The notes: generated by a model from the letters alone, not told the origin. 64,000 bases of DNA from a virus (IMGVR_UViG_3300035498_000265:1-64000), one strand, 5' to 3'; counted from the stretch's first letter, positions 28,735 to 39,513 are shown. Program-made: numbers and translations.

Positions 28735-29324
28735 GATTAACTATCGATGAAAGAGTGTTAGCTGAAAATAATCTAACTTTAGATGAATTCCTCATACTAT
28801 TATTTAACTCTAGAGAAGCTGATATTAAAAAGAATATTGAGTCTCTAGTGAATAAAGGATGGGCTGAGAGAGATTTGTTTGAAGAAAATAGAGTAGTGCT
28901 GAGTGATAACATTAGGCAGAAAGTTGCTGATATAGTTATTGACTCAGAGCAGCTAGCACAGAATAATCAAGACAACTTTGAAGCTCTAGCTAGGAAACTA
29001 ATGGAAGTTTATCCTGAAGGTAGAAAAGCAGGAACAACTTACTATTGGAGAGGCAGTGTCTCAGAAGTAGCAAGAAAGCTTAAGAACTTAGTAGTTAAAT
29101 ATAATTGTAAGTTTACTGAACAACAAGCTATAGAAGCAACTAAAGCTTATGTAACTTCTTTCAATGGAGACTACAAATTTATGAAACTATTGAAGTATTT
29201 CTTGTTAAAAGCTCCCAAGAATAACAATGGAGATATTGAGATTGAGTCTGAATTTATGACATACTTAGAAAATAAGGATGTTATAGAGGCAGCTGGGGGA
29301 GACTGGACAACTGACTTAGTATGA
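28731..29324 (+). CDS. Hypothetical 197-aa protein
   Basis: Track ORF; translationally coupled (ATGA overlap). Confidence 0.5.
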   Translation: MRLTIDERVLAENNLTLDEFLILLFNSREADIKKNIESLVNKGWAERDLFEENRVVLSDNIRQKVADIVIDSEQLAQNNQDNFEALARKLMEVYPEGRKAGTTYYWRGSVSEVARKLKNLVVKYNCKFTEQQAIEATKAYVTSFNGDYKFMKLLKYFLLKAPKNNNGDIEIESEFMTYLENKDVIEAAGGDWTTDLV

Positions 29325-30484
29325 GTTTAAAAGAAAGAGTACTTGGAAACCTTAAAAGGAGAAGAGATAAGCTCCTTAGTGGTGGAATTAACAGTATTCC
29401 ATCACCGTTCTTAAGGTTTAGTGATGATTTTATAGGTATAGAACAGAAGAAGTATTATGTGATTACTAGTTCTACTAAAGGAGCTAAGACTCAATTTGCT
29501 TCCTATGTATTTGTGTTTCAATCACTACTCTATGCCTATCATAATCCTGATAAATTAAGACTGAAGATATTCTATTATCCTCTGGAGGAAACCCCAGACG
29601 ATGTATTGACTAGATTCATGTCCTTTATCCTGTATACTTTATCTGGAGGCAATATAAGGATTGCTCCTACTGACTTAGAGAGTACCAAGAATGATAGACC
29701 TGTAGGTGATGAAATATTCAATCTATTAGAGAGTGAAGAATATTCAAGGATAATTGATTTCTTTGAGGAGCACGTCATATTCTCCACATCTACAAATCCT
29801 ACTGGTGTATACAATGAATGCAAGAAATATGCAGAAGAACATGGTACTGTGCATAAGAAAAAGCAGAAAATCAGAGATGAGTTTACTGGTGAAACAAAGG
29901 AAATAGATGCCTTTGATTATTATGAACAGGAAGACCCAGATGAGTATAGATTAATATTCTATGACCATGTGAGTCTAACTTCATCAGAGAGGGGTTTATC
30001 ATTAAAGCAATCTGTAGATAAACTAAGTGAGTACTTTGTACTACTTAGAAATAGATATGGATATAGTCCTGTAGTTATTCAACAGCAGGCATTTAGTGGT
30101 GAATCCCTTGATGCTTACAAGGAGCAAAAACTTAGACCTACAATAGCTAATCTAGCAGATAGTAAATATACTTCTAGAGATGCTAATGTAGTTCTAGGTT
30201 TGTTTAGCCCCTTCAAGTATGAGCTTCCAGACTACAAGGGATATGACATTACTATATTAAAAGATAATGTCAGATTCCTTGAAGTCCTTGTTAACAGGGG
30301 TGGTAGCCCAGGAGGACTAGTAGCATTATACTTTGATGGTGCTGTATGCTCCTTTAATGAGCTTCCTAGACCTAAGGAGAAAGAAGCTTTGAAGCAAATC
30401 TATGATTTCCTTATTACTACTAGAGAAAGGAAATCTATTAGGGCATTTATAGCCTATATTAGAAATTTATTTAAGAAACAGTAA
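29321..30484 (+). CDS. RecA-fold ATPase, candidate replicative (DnaB-like) helicase
   Basis: Walker A-like SSTKGAKT and Walker B-like LIFYDHVSLT in a 387-aa ORF within the replication module. Confidence 0.4.
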   Translation: MSLKERVLGNLKRRRDKLLSGGINSIPSPFLRFSDDFIGIEQKKYYVITSSTKGAKTQFASYVFVFQSLLYAYHNPDKLRLKIFYYPLEETPDDVLTRFMSFILYTLSGGNIRIAPTDLESTKNDRPVGDEIFNLLESEEYSRIIDFFEEHVIFSTSTNPTGVYNECKKYAEEHGTVHKKKQKIRDEFTGETKEIDAFDYYEQEDPDEYRLIFYDHVSLTSSERGLSLKQSVDKLSEYFVLLRNRYGYSPVVIQQQAFSGESLDAYKEQKLRPTIANLADSKYTSRDANVVLGLFSPFKYELPDYKGYDITILKDNVRFLEVLVNRGGSPGGLVALYFDGAVCSFNELPRPKEKEALKQIYDFLITTRERKSIRAFIAYIRNLFKKQ

Positions 30485-31212
30485 TGGCAAAGATTTTAGT
30501 TTTAGCTAAATCTGGATTCGGTAAAACTACTTCCTATTGTGGAAGAGCTAAACTTGGAATCCAAGGTCTTGACCCTAAAGAAACCTATGTTATTCAATGT
30601 ATAGGTAGAGCTATTCCCAATAGGGACTTTACTCTTACTAAATCTCCTGAGATTAAAGACTTGGCTACTGGTAACAGGGTACAAGTTGATGTAATCACAG
30701 GCCAAGAGAGATTTAAAAGAGTTGCAGATATACTCAATGCATTGAAGAGCTCCCCTTATAAGAACATAGTAATTGATGATTTCAATTACCTAGGTCAAGA
30801 TTATTACATGGCAAATGCTATGAAAGGTGGCTGGGATACACCTAAACAGATTGGCTATGGCATGGGTCTTATCTTTGATGCCTTCAGAGGATTCCCTGAG
30901 GATAAAAACATTATTTGTCTTGCTCACTATGAGGAGTACAAAGATAAAAATGGTGACTCTTTATCTTACAGGTTTAAAAGTATAGGCAATATGGTTGATG
31001 GCTACATCACACCTGAAGGTAAGTTTGACATTATTCTCTTTGGTAAATCTTCCTTTGATGCAGAAAAGAAAGTCGCAGTAAAGGAATTTGTTAAGGAGTT
31101 TGATGGTGAATTCCCTGCTAAAGATTCTATTGGTGCTTTAGATGAGTTACCTGACACTATTCCTAATGACCTCGCTATTGTTGTTGAGGAACTAAGAAAA
31201 ATCTATGGTTAA
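30484..31212 (+). CDS. RecA-like/AAA ATPase (Sak4-type recombination or replication ATPase candidate)
   Basis: P-loop LAKSGFGKTT and Walker B IVIDDFNY. Confidence 0.45.
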   Translation: MAKILVLAKSGFGKTTSYCGRAKLGIQGLDPKETYVIQCIGRAIPNRDFTLTKSPEIKDLATGNRVQVDVITGQERFKRVADILNALKSSPYKNIVIDDFNYLGQDYYMANAMKGGWDTPKQIGYGMGLIFDAFRGFPEDKNIICLAHYEEYKDKNGDSLSYRFKSIGNMVDGYITPEGKFDIILFGKSSFDAEKKVAVKEFVKEFDGEFPAKDSIGALDELPDTIPNDLAIVVEELRKIYG

Positions 31213-31223
31213 TAAACTAACAT

Positions 31224-31607
31224 ATGAAAAAAGAGCTTAGTAGAAACGATTTAGCTGCTATCAAAAGAGCTGCTGAGAGTATTAAACCTTTGGCTACAAA
31301 GAGAGATAGACTCACAGCTAAAATTGATGAGCTAATTAAGCAAAGGGATGCAATCAACGAGAGAATTGGGTACTTTAATTTACCTATTATTAATCTCACT
31401 GGGTTTGAAACTGAAGACTTAGTTGAGAGAGATGAGTCAGGCAAATTAGTATTCAAGTATCCTGATACAATTATACCCAATCTAATCCCTGAAGAAACTA
31501 AGGATGAAGTAGCAGACATCGATGAAAATGCAGTAGTTGATGAAGTTGAGACAACTGCTGCAGAGGCTCCTTTTAATCCTATTGATAACCCAAATGTAAA
31601 TTTATAA
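31224..31607 (+). CDS. Acidic 127-aa protein
   Basis: Track ORF. Confidence 0.45.
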   Translation: MKKELSRNDLAAIKRAAESIKPLATKRDRLTAKIDELIKQRDAINERIGYFNLPIINLTGFETEDLVERDESGKLVFKYPDTIIPNLIPEETKDEVADIDENAVVDEVETTAAEAPFNPIDNPNVNL

Positions 31608-31609
31608 AC

Positions 31610-32515
31610 ATGAGAAAGAGCAAGATTTTTATGGCCTTTGGTAAAGGTGTAGACAGTGCAAAAGAGACCGTAATTAATAGGTATATTGGTGTAGGTTCTG
31701 TAGGCATTGTAGCCATTAACCCTACAAAGGAAGAACTTGAAAAGTTATACAATACTACTCTTGACAGTGAGCCTGAGTATTTTGGTAAGTCAAATAACAA
31801 TGGTAAAGAAGTAGAGACTGCCAGGGTAGCTTTCTTAGTTAAACCTGACCCTGTAGCCACTGGTTTGGATATTACTCCTATTAGTGTTGCCTTCTTCCTT
31901 AATAAGGATTATAGGTACAACAATGACGGCACTAAGATTGAAGTTATTGATGAATATGGTAACTCAGGTTGGGCTACTAAAGAACAACTTCAAAACCACA
32001 GCAGACTCTTGAGTAAAGACGGTAAACCTCTCAAGATTAGCACTAATTATAGGCCTGCTTATGTCGGTGAGATTAGGCTCACTAGTTTCATCAAAGCATA
32101 CTTAGGTGTGCCTGATGCTTTTGAGTATGTTGACAATACTTGGCAACTCAGAGCTGACGCTGAATTAGGTATTGCTAGATTTGAGAACGTTGAAAATATG
32201 TTCAAAGGTGACTTCTCTGAAGTCAAAGAAATTATTGCTTATCAACCTGAAAACAAGGTTAAAGTCTTGTTTGGTGTCAAGAAAGATGACGATGGTAGGA
32301 TGAAGCAAGCTTTCTATAGGGACATGTTCTTGAGGAACAAGACTACTAATTACAGTAAGCTTGACGCTGATGTTAAAGACAGAAAGAACAATGGCGCATA
32401 TCCCACAACTGACTTTGAGGTTTGTGACCTTAAAATTTATGATGTAAAAGCAACAAATCTTGCAGAAGCTCCTGCTCAACAGCAAGCTCCTGCTAATCCT
32501 TGGTTTCAACAATAA
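31610..32515 (+). CDS. Hypothetical 301-aa protein (possible ssDNA-binding or annealing protein, by position only)
   Basis: Track ORF between the ATPase and the primase. Confidence 0.45.
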   Translation: MRKSKIFMAFGKGVDSAKETVINRYIGVGSVGIVAINPTKEELEKLYNTTLDSEPEYFGKSNNNGKEVETARVAFLVKPDPVATGLDITPISVAFFLNKDYRYNNDGTKIEVIDEYGNSGWATKEQLQNHSRLLSKDGKPLKISTNYRPAYVGEIRLTSFIKAYLGVPDAFEYVDNTWQLRADAELGIARFENVENMFKGDFSEVKEIIAYQPENKVKVLFGVKKDDDGRMKQAFYRDMFLRNKTTNYSKLDADVKDRKNNGAYPTTDFEVCDLKIYDVKATNLAEAPAQQQAPANPWFQQ

Positions 32516-33522
32516 TGGCATTTAGCTCTGGAAAACCTTCAGTAAGTTTGCAAGATATTCTAAGAATAGTCTCTGAAGCAGACATTGCTGCGCATTACCT
32601 AGGAATATCAAGTATTCCTTGTGTAATGCAAAGCCCTTTAAGACAAGATAATCATCCCTCATTTGGTATTTATTCACCAGATGGTACAGAAGTTAACTAC
32701 ATAGATTTCTCCACACATGAAGGTGGTAGGATTCTCACCCTCCTACAAAAGATGTGGGGAACAGACTATGAGGAAACTTGCTACAGAGTATATAAAGAGT
32801 TTGCCGAGCGCAGAGTGCATCCATTAGTAGGAATTAAGACCTCAGGAGTGCCAATCAGGAAGTCTGGCCCTAGTGATGTTAAGATGGAATGTCGTGTAAG
32901 AGAGTGGCAAGCTTATGATATTGCTTATTGGGAGTCTTATGGGATTTCATTAGAATGGCTTAAATATGCTGAGGTTTATCCCATATCTCATAAAATCATT
33001 GTTAAAAACAATGAGAGATATGTATTTGGAGCTGATAAATATGCCTATGCTTATGTTGAACATAAGGATGGCATCGTCACACTTAAAATATACCAGCCCT
33101 TTAACAAGGCTGGTTTTAAGTGGTCGAGCAAACATGACAAATCTGTAATTAGCCTATGGTCTAAAGTCCCATTGGAAGGAGATAAAATTTGTATATGCTC
33201 ATCATTGAAGGATGCACTGTGCCTATGGTCTAATACAGGTATCCCTGCCCTCGCTATTCAAGGTGAGGGGTATCCCATCAGTGAGTCCGCAGTTAATGAA
33301 CTAAGAAGACGTTATAAAGAGATTTATATATTGCTAGATAACGATACAGCGGGTTTAAAAGATGGCGTATCTCTAGCAAGTTCTACTGGTTTTATTAACT
33401 TAATTCTTCCTCAATTTGAGGGGGGTAAGGACGTCAGTGATTTATATAAAGTCAAAGGTAGAGATACCTTTTTAAAAACTATCTTACCCTTATTTAATAA
33501 CAATAAACACTTACAACAATGA
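32500..33522 (+). CDS. DnaG-like primase (zinc-binding N-terminus plus Toprim domain)
   Basis: HPSFGIY zinc-ribbon-like motif; Toprim motifs E...YILLDNDTAG...GKD. Confidence 0.55.
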   Translation: MVSTIMAFSSGKPSVSLQDILRIVSEADIAAHYLGISSIPCVMQSPLRQDNHPSFGIYSPDGTEVNYIDFSTHEGGRILTLLQKMWGTDYEETCYRVYKEFAERRVHPLVGIKTSGVPIRKSGPSDVKMECRVREWQAYDIAYWESYGISLEWLKYAEVYPISHKIIVKNNERYVFGADKYAYAYVEHKDGIVTLKIYQPFNKAGFKWSSKHDKSVISLWSKVPLEGDKICICSSLKDALCLWSNTGIPALAIQGEGYPISESAVNELRRRYKEIYILLDNDTAGLKDGVSLASSTGFINLILPQFEGGKDVSDLYKVKGRDTFLKTILPLFNNNKHLQQ

Positions 33523-33734
33523 AGTTCGGAAAACTTTTCAAAAAACTTATTGCAATTCACCCTGAATTTGCAAATCTTTCAGCAAACAGATTTTCAGCCC
33601 TCACTTATAAAGAACTGAGGAGCATTGCTAAAGTACTCTATAGACCTGCTAATCCTGGCAGATTGACTTGGTACATGAGGCAAAATCATGACACACTTGC
33701 TAAAAGTGTATACAGTACTTTGATGGACTGGTAA
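33519..33734 (+). CDS. Small basic 71-aa protein
   Basis: Track ORF. Confidence 0.4.
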   Translation: MKFGKLFKKLIAIHPEFANLSANRFSALTYKELRSIAKVLYRPANPGRLTWYMRQNHDTLAKSVYSTLMDW

Positions 33735-33785
33735 GCTTTAATTATAATAGGGAGTCTTAGGACTCCCTTAACTGTTTTTTTTTGT

Positions 33786-34577
33786 ATGAAAAAAGAAAAA
33801 CACTTAATAGTTAGGTCTAGGAATACAACTTGCTCTCCCTTAAAAGAGATAGTTGTTCCTAGTACTACTATACTGCGATTGGGTAGTACAACTCCCACTG
33901 AAAAAATCACCAAAAGACCTAACCCTATTGAGATAAATACAGCAGAAGCCTGTGCTATATCAGGTGATAAAGAGCTAATGAGAAAAGCTTTTATTGAAAA
34001 CAATATACCTATTGCAGAAGGAATTCATACTGATGACATTAATAAGGTTATTGAGTTCATGCTAAAGCAGGATAGCTCTATTATATGTAAGCATATTCAC
34101 TCTAGTAAAGGCAAGGGTATTTACTTATTTAAGTCTAGAGAAGAGCTCCTAGAGTGGAGTAAAAACCATGATGTAAATAAGCATATCTTTGAAAGGTATT
34201 ATACTTATACTAGAGAATACAGGCTTCATGTAACCAAAGATGGTTGCTTCTATGCATGTAGAAAGATGCTCAAACATGATGCAGATGTTAGATGGCATAG
34301 GCATAATGTTAACTCAGTGTGGTTTGTAGAAGAGAACCTTCTCTTTGATAAGCCTACTAACTGGGATTCTATAGTAGAAGACTGTGTTAGAGCACTAGAA
34401 GCAATAGGCTTAGACATAGCTGCATTTGATATAAAAGTACAAAGTAGTCAGCATAAAAATCCTAAGTATATTATACTAGAGAGTAATAGTGCCCCCTCTC
34501 TTGGTGAGAAAGGCCTTTTAAAGTACAAAGAAACCTTAACTAAGCTCATAAATGGAAAAGAATTTTGCATTCACTAA
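33786..34577 (+). CDS. ATP-grasp fold ligase (RimK or glutathione-synthetase-like)
   Basis: HSSKGKGIYLF plus ILESNSAPSLGEKG ATP-grasp signature elements. Confidence 0.5.
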   Translation: MKKEKHLIVRSRNTTCSPLKEIVVPSTTILRLGSTTPTEKITKRPNPIEINTAEACAISGDKELMRKAFIENNIPIAEGIHTDDINKVIEFMLKQDSSIICKHIHSSKGKGIYLFKSREELLEWSKNHDVNKHIFERYYTYTREYRLHVTKDGCFYACRKMLKHDADVRWHRHNVNSVWFVEENLLFDKPTNWDSIVEDCVRALEAIGLDIAAFDIKVQSSQHKNPKYIILESNSAPSLGEKGLLKYKETLTKLINGKEFCIH

Positions 34578-35322
34578 CTTCTGCACAATCTATTCTTCTA
34601 AAGGCAATACACCTAACAACCTTAGAGAACGAGCTTGCTTTAGTGATATATTCTATAGTGAGTATAATGGAGTTGTGCAAAAGAACACTTATGAAGTCAC
34701 TTTATATAAATTAGGTGATACACTCAATAAAGAACGTAAGAATAATGCCTGCTTATTAGATAAGCGAGGTATAATTCGTCACTTAAAGATTCTACAATCA
34801 GTATTTAAATTCAGCTGGCATCTAAAAGAGGATGGTGATGATAAATATATCTTAACACTAACTCTTGATGGAGACCTCATTTATCACAAATATCTTCTTA
34901 CCTGGGTAAGGTACTTATATGAATTTCCATTTAATGTATTCTTACTTGACGCAATTAACCTGAAAAAACTACCTGAATTTAAATTTGAATCAATCATTAA
35001 TTTATTTAATGTGGCAGGAGCTACCTCTGGTATTAATAGACATGGATGTGATATTCATGCCATAGGAGCTACCTATACCTTCAAGCAACTATATACAATT
35101 AAGGAAACCAAGAGTTCCCTTAAAAGTTTAGAGGGAGGCCATACTAGACTTAATAATACCTTCCTTTATGTTGAAGATGAAGATAACCTTAAACAATTTA
35201 ACAAGACATTAAAAGACAATGTTGACAGTTTAGAATTTTGGAGTTCAGATGAATGGTTCACAAAGAGACTGCCACTGTATAAAGAAAATTACAAGATTTT
35301 AAAGAAATTACAAGCAAAATGA
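34552..35322 (+). CDS. Hypothetical 256-aa protein in the modification cluster
   Basis: Track ORF. Confidence 0.45.
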   Translation: MEKNFAFTNFCTIYSSKGNTPNNLRERACFSDIFYSEYNGVVQKNTYEVTLYKLGDTLNKERKNNACLLDKRGIIRHLKILQSVFKFSWHLKEDGDDKYILTLTLDGDLIYHKYLLTWVRYLYEFPFNVFLLDAINLKKLPEFKFESIINLFNVAGATSGINRHGCDIHAIGATYTFKQLYTIKETKSSLKSLEGGHTRLNNTFLYVEDEDNLKQFNKTLKDNVDSLEFWSSDEWFTKRLPLYKENYKILKKLQAK

Positions 35323-35957
35323 AAAAAGTATTTGTAGTGGGCACTGCCCTTAACTATGCTAGCTTCATTGATGATGCTACCTTGACATCTGACATGAGCG
35401 AAGCTGACATTGTTCTATTCACTGGAGGTGAGGATGTAAATCCTGCTTTGTATAAAGCACGAGTACATGATTCTACCTATTATAATAAAGACCGAGACAA
35501 GGCTGAGGTCTCAGTTTTCAAGAAGGTTAAGAAAAACCAATTAGCATTAGGCATTTGCCGAGGTTCACAATTCTTGTGTGTCATGAATGGTGGTAAATTA
35601 GTACAAGACTGTGGAGGTCATGGTTTATATGGCACTCATGGCATTACTAATGGTGAAATTGAGTATGAAATAACTTCTACTCACCACCAAATGCAATATC
35701 CCTATAACCTTGATAGCAATGACTACTCTCTCTTGTTTATTGCTAGTCCTGCTAGGAGTGGTAGGTATGAGGGTGATGGCATTGACCCTAATCCAATTAT
35801 TAGATATGGTGAACCTGAGATTGTGTTATATCACAAAGAGGGTAAACCTAAATGTCTTGCTATTCAAGGACACCCTGAAATCATGAGGGAGAATGCCCCT
35901 GTTATTGGTATGTTAAATGACCTTATTAACGAAACACTTAATTCTATTGAAAAATGA
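35319..35957 (+). CDS. Class-I glutamine amidotransferase-like / gamma-glutamyl hydrolase (peptidase C26-like)
   Basis: Nucleophile elbow LGICRGSQF and QGHPE His motif. Confidence 0.5.
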   Translation: MKKVFVVGTALNYASFIDDATLTSDMSEADIVLFTGGEDVNPALYKARVHDSTYYNKDRDKAEVSVFKKVKKNQLALGICRGSQFLCVMNGGKLVQDCGGHGLYGTHGITNGEIEYEITSTHHQMQYPYNLDSNDYSLLFIASPARSGRYEGDGIDPNPIIRYGEPEIVLYHKEGKPKCLAIQGHPEIMRENAPVIGMLNDLINETLNSIEK

Positions 35958-36748
35958 TTGCATTGGAAAATATTACTATAGGTGCAGACCCAGAGCTCTT
36001 CCTTATAAACAAAAAAACTGGTGAAGTAGTATCATCAATAGGTATTATACCTGGTGAAAAAGGCAACCCATACAGGAGTGAAGATATGCCTGAGGGCTAT
36101 GGCTTGGAGATTGATAACATCCTAGCTGAATTCAATATTCCTCCCGTTGATAATTTGGATGATTTTGTCAATGCTATTGACTACATGAAGAAATACATCC
36201 AGAAGTTTATCAAAGCTAAAGACAGTAACTTAGACATTCTTACTAAGGCCTCTATGATAGTTCCTGAAGACCAACTCCAGAGCCCTGAAGCTAAGTTATT
36301 TGGTTGCAGTGTGGACTATAATGCTTACACTCAAGAACCTAATCCTAAACCCAAAGGAGAAAGAACTAATCTTAGAAGTGCTGGTTTCCATATTCACATT
36401 GGCTATGCTAATAACAATGTTGAAAGCTCACTAGCTCTTATTAAATACCTTGATATGTATCTAGGTGTTCCCTCAGTATTAATGGATGCTGATGTTAAGA
36501 GAAGAAATCTTTATGGTAAAGCTGGCTGCTTTAGACTTACTCCTTATGGTCTTGAATATAGAGTCCTCTCTAGCTATTTCCTCTCAAACAAGAGAACTCT
36601 TAAATGGGTTTGGTCTGGCATTTGCAAAGCTATCAATGCATACAATGATGGTGAAGACTTTGCTGATGAAGACCTAGTTCAAAAGGCTATTAATGAGAGT
36701 GACAAATCAATTGCAACACAACTTATTAAAGATTATAATCTAGCATAA
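35954..36748 (+). CDS. Amidoligase (COOH-NH2 ligase, GCS2-like) family protein, copy 1
   Basis: GADPELFL...GFHIHIGY motif pattern of carboxylate-amine ligases. Confidence 0.45.
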   Translation: MIALENITIGADPELFLINKKTGEVVSSIGIIPGEKGNPYRSEDMPEGYGLEIDNILAEFNIPPVDNLDDFVNAIDYMKKYIQKFIKAKDSNLDILTKASMIVPEDQLQSPEAKLFGCSVDYNAYTQEPNPKPKGERTNLRSAGFHIHIGYANNNVESSLALIKYLDMYLGVPSVLMDADVKRRNLYGKAGCFRLTPYGLEYRVLSSYFLSNKRTLKWVWSGICKAINAYNDGEDFADEDLVQKAINESDKSIATQLIKDYNLA

Positions 36749-36749
36749 T

Positions 36750-38102
36750 ATGTGCGGAATTTTTGGTATAATCACCCCTAAACCTAGAAAGTTTGATGCT
36801 CGAGCTTTCTGTGTTTTGGGTGTTAACAATGACTCACGAGGAGGAGACTCGTGTGGTGTTTTCATCGACAAGAGATATGAATATGGCGTTAATGAGAACA
36901 AGATGTTCTACTCATTCTTTCCTAAAAGTAAAGTGCTTAATAGTACTCAGCGATGCCAAATTGCTCTAGGGCACTGTAGGAAAGCTTCAGTAGGAGCTAT
37001 AAATGAAGCTAACGCTCAACCAGTAGTAATTAAAGATGAACTAGGTGAAGTTAAATATGTTTTAATTCACAATGGCACTATCTTGAATTATGAGGCTTTG
37101 GCTAAGAAATATATCCCTGATGTAGATATTAAAGGCATGACTGACTCACAAGTCATGGCTAGAATATTTTACCATAAAGGCTATGATGTATTAGGTGAAT
37201 ACCTTGGAGCAGGTGCCTTTGTTATGGTTGACTATAGAGGTGAAGAGCCCTTAGTTCTACTCTTTAAGGGTGAATCTAAGTCCTCTCAATACTCTGTAAC
37301 AACTAGTGTAGAAAGACCATTATACTGCTCTTATAGTCAAAATGAGTTTATCTTCTCATCTATTATGGACTACCTTAAACCCCTACGTCCTAATAGAGAA
37401 GTGCTAACTCTCTCACCTAATTATCTACTCTGTCTCAAAGATGGTAGTTTATTCATAATTAAAGAATATGATAGAAAGTCATTATGGCAGACTCGAAGTT
37501 ATACTACCTATGCTAATAACACTGCTAGTACTTATACTCCTAGTAAAGTTCTTAGTGTAGTTAGAAATAGCTACAATGACTATGATGAGTTTGGCAATGG
37601 CTACTGGGATGATGCCATAGAGATGGACACAGATGGCTTATACTATGTAGGTGCAACTCTAGCTAATGGTACTTATTGGGTAGATGCTCTTGGTTCTATC
37701 AAGAGAAGAAAACTAGCTGGTACTATAGCAGTATCCTTTTGGATGGGAGTTCTACTCTATAATAGTGCCTGCTATAACTATCTTAGGGAGTTTGCTAAGA
37801 GCTATGGGTGCTCTCAAGATAACTTAGCTCTCTCTCTTCCTGACTTAGTTCATTATTTAAGTCCTATTCCATGGAGAACTAGTGACGGGACTTGGGTAAG
37901 GTCTGACAGTGCTCTAACTAATAAGCCTGTTACTGGCAGAGTTTTATTCCCATTTACAACAGAAAGCCTATGGATTTCAGGTGGTGCAGTTAGCTACTAC
38001 ACTGAGAATGTGCCCTATAGTGACACTATAAAAATATTAAAAGACAACGAAAATTATAAAATAGACGCAGATGCCATATCAAGAACGTTTGGGAAACATT
38101 AG
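36750..38102 (+). CDS. Class-II (Ntn) glutamine amidotransferase-like protein; ends at TAG with TAA 12 codons downstream
   Basis: N-terminus MCGIFGI (Cys2 nucleophile after Met removal); 450 aa. Confidence 0.5.
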   Translation: MCGIFGIITPKPRKFDARAFCVLGVNNDSRGGDSCGVFIDKRYEYGVNENKMFYSFFPKSKVLNSTQRCQIALGHCRKASVGAINEANAQPVVIKDELGEVKYVLIHNGTILNYEALAKKYIPDVDIKGMTDSQVMARIFYHKGYDVLGEYLGAGAFVMVDYRGEEPLVLLFKGESKSSQYSVTTSVERPLYCSYSQNEFIFSSIMDYLKPLRPNREVLTLSPNYLLCLKDGSLFIIKEYDRKSLWQTRSYTTYANNTASTYTPSKVLSVVRNSYNDYDEFGNGYWDDAIEMDTDGLYYVGATLANGTYWVDALGSIKRRKLAGTIAVSFWMGVLLYNSACYNYLREFAKSYGCSQDNLALSLPDLVHYLSPIPWRTSDGTWVRSDSALTNKPVTGRVLFPFTTESLWISGGAVSYYTENVPYSDTIKILKDNENYKIDADAISRTFGKH

Positions 38103-39513
38103 GCCTCAGGGAGGAGCTGCACAAGCCTATTATCATAATGTCAGAGTAAAAATTGATAATGGTCTTGTCGGCGCAGGAGGTTTAGCTATGGAAGACTGGG
38201 CTAGAAGGCGTAATCCAATGCCAGTGAAAAAGATTCTCGAGGAAACTAGAGAGCCTATAGATGATACAGAAGGCTATGTAAGAGGTGTTGTATATACCTC
38301 AGATAAATACATAGAGTATGGCTGGTTCAAAGAATCTACAGAAAATATCCTAGTAATGGTTAGGGGTGATACTCCTTTTGGTAGAAACCTCTACTCAGGA
38401 ATATCACGAGAAGCTCTATCTAACCTTGTATTTGCTAAAGGACTAGGCTATTATATCTTACCTGGAGACTATAGTGAGAAAGACTTGAATAAGCTCACTA
38501 GAGCTATGGGTCAAGGTAAATTTCCCTATGACTTTGACAAACACTATGAGGCTGCTGACAGTTTTAACTTGTTTAAAGATGCTCAAAAGGTCTTAAATGA
38601 AGTAGAGTATCCATTATCTAAAGAACTTAAGTATACTTTCGGACTTGAGTTTGAGACATCTATGGGCTATATCCCACAAGAGATATGCTATAGAGATGGT
38701 TTAATCCCATTAAGAGATGGCTCAATCACAGGTATAGAGTATTCAACTGTAGTTCTTGAAGGTAATAGGGGCTTAAATCTTCTTAAACAACAAGTATCAA
38801 CCCTTAAAGAGTACACTACTTTCAATAAGGAATGTGCTTTGCATATTCACTTTGGTGGTTATCCAGTAGACCCTGTAAGTATTATGGCTCTTTATGGTCT
38901 TTGGTATGCAGTTGAAAGAGACCTAGAGTCAAATTTATATGTTCCTAGTGATACTTTCAGAACTAGCAAATATAAAGCTAATGGAAAGGATTACTGCAAC
39001 AAGCTAACTGGCAAAAATAGCTTTGAGCAACTATTTAGGTCTTTGACTGGACAAAGGTACTTTGGTAGTTTAGTTCAGCCACACCCTGCTGATGTTGAGA
39101 AAAGAGCTAAATGGAATATTAAAAGTAGGTATTTTGGTCTTAACCTTGTTAACATGGTATGTTATAAAGGCCCTAAGACTGTAGAATTTAGATTCCTAAG
39201 ACCTACCTTTAACTACAGAGTAATTACTCTGTGGATGTATGTTCTTAATGCTGTTCTTAGGGCTGCTGAAAGAATAGCTAATGAGTGGAGAGAAGAACAT
39301 TGTAACAATACTGAGGATATGACTTCTTATATCCTTAGTAGATGTTATGATGGCATCAAAGACTTATTAGCTAGAGCCTATGACGCAGAAACCTTCAATA
39401 AGTTAAGTAAGGAACTAGACTTATTGCAGAATGCCACTGAGCAGCAAGAGGCTAACGGAGACCATTGTGGCAGGGATACATTCTTCATAGATAATCTTCT
39501 GCATGACGATTGA
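38071..39513 (+). CDS. Amidoligase-like protein, copy 2
   Basis: CALHIHFGGYP motif analogous to HIHIGY of copy 1; 480 aa. Confidence 0.4.
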   Translation: MPYQERLGNIRPQGGAAQAYYHNVRVKIDNGLVGAGGLAMEDWARRRNPMPVKKILEETREPIDDTEGYVRGVVYTSDKYIEYGWFKESTENILVMVRGDTPFGRNLYSGISREALSNLVFAKGLGYYILPGDYSEKDLNKLTRAMGQGKFPYDFDKHYEAADSFNLFKDAQKVLNEVEYPLSKELKYTFGLEFETSMGYIPQEICYRDGLIPLRDGSITGIEYSTVVLEGNRGLNLLKQQVSTLKEYTTFNKECALHIHFGGYPVDPVSIMALYGLWYAVERDLESNLYVPSDTFRTSKYKANGKDYCNKLTGKNSFEQLFRSLTGQRYFGSLVQPHPADVEKRAKWNIKSRYFGLNLVNMVCYKGPKTVEFRFLRPTFNYRVITLWMYVLNAVLRAAERIANEWREEHCNNTEDMTSYILSRCYDGIKDLLARAYDAETFNKLSKELDLLQNATEQQEANGDHCGRDTFFIDNLLHDD

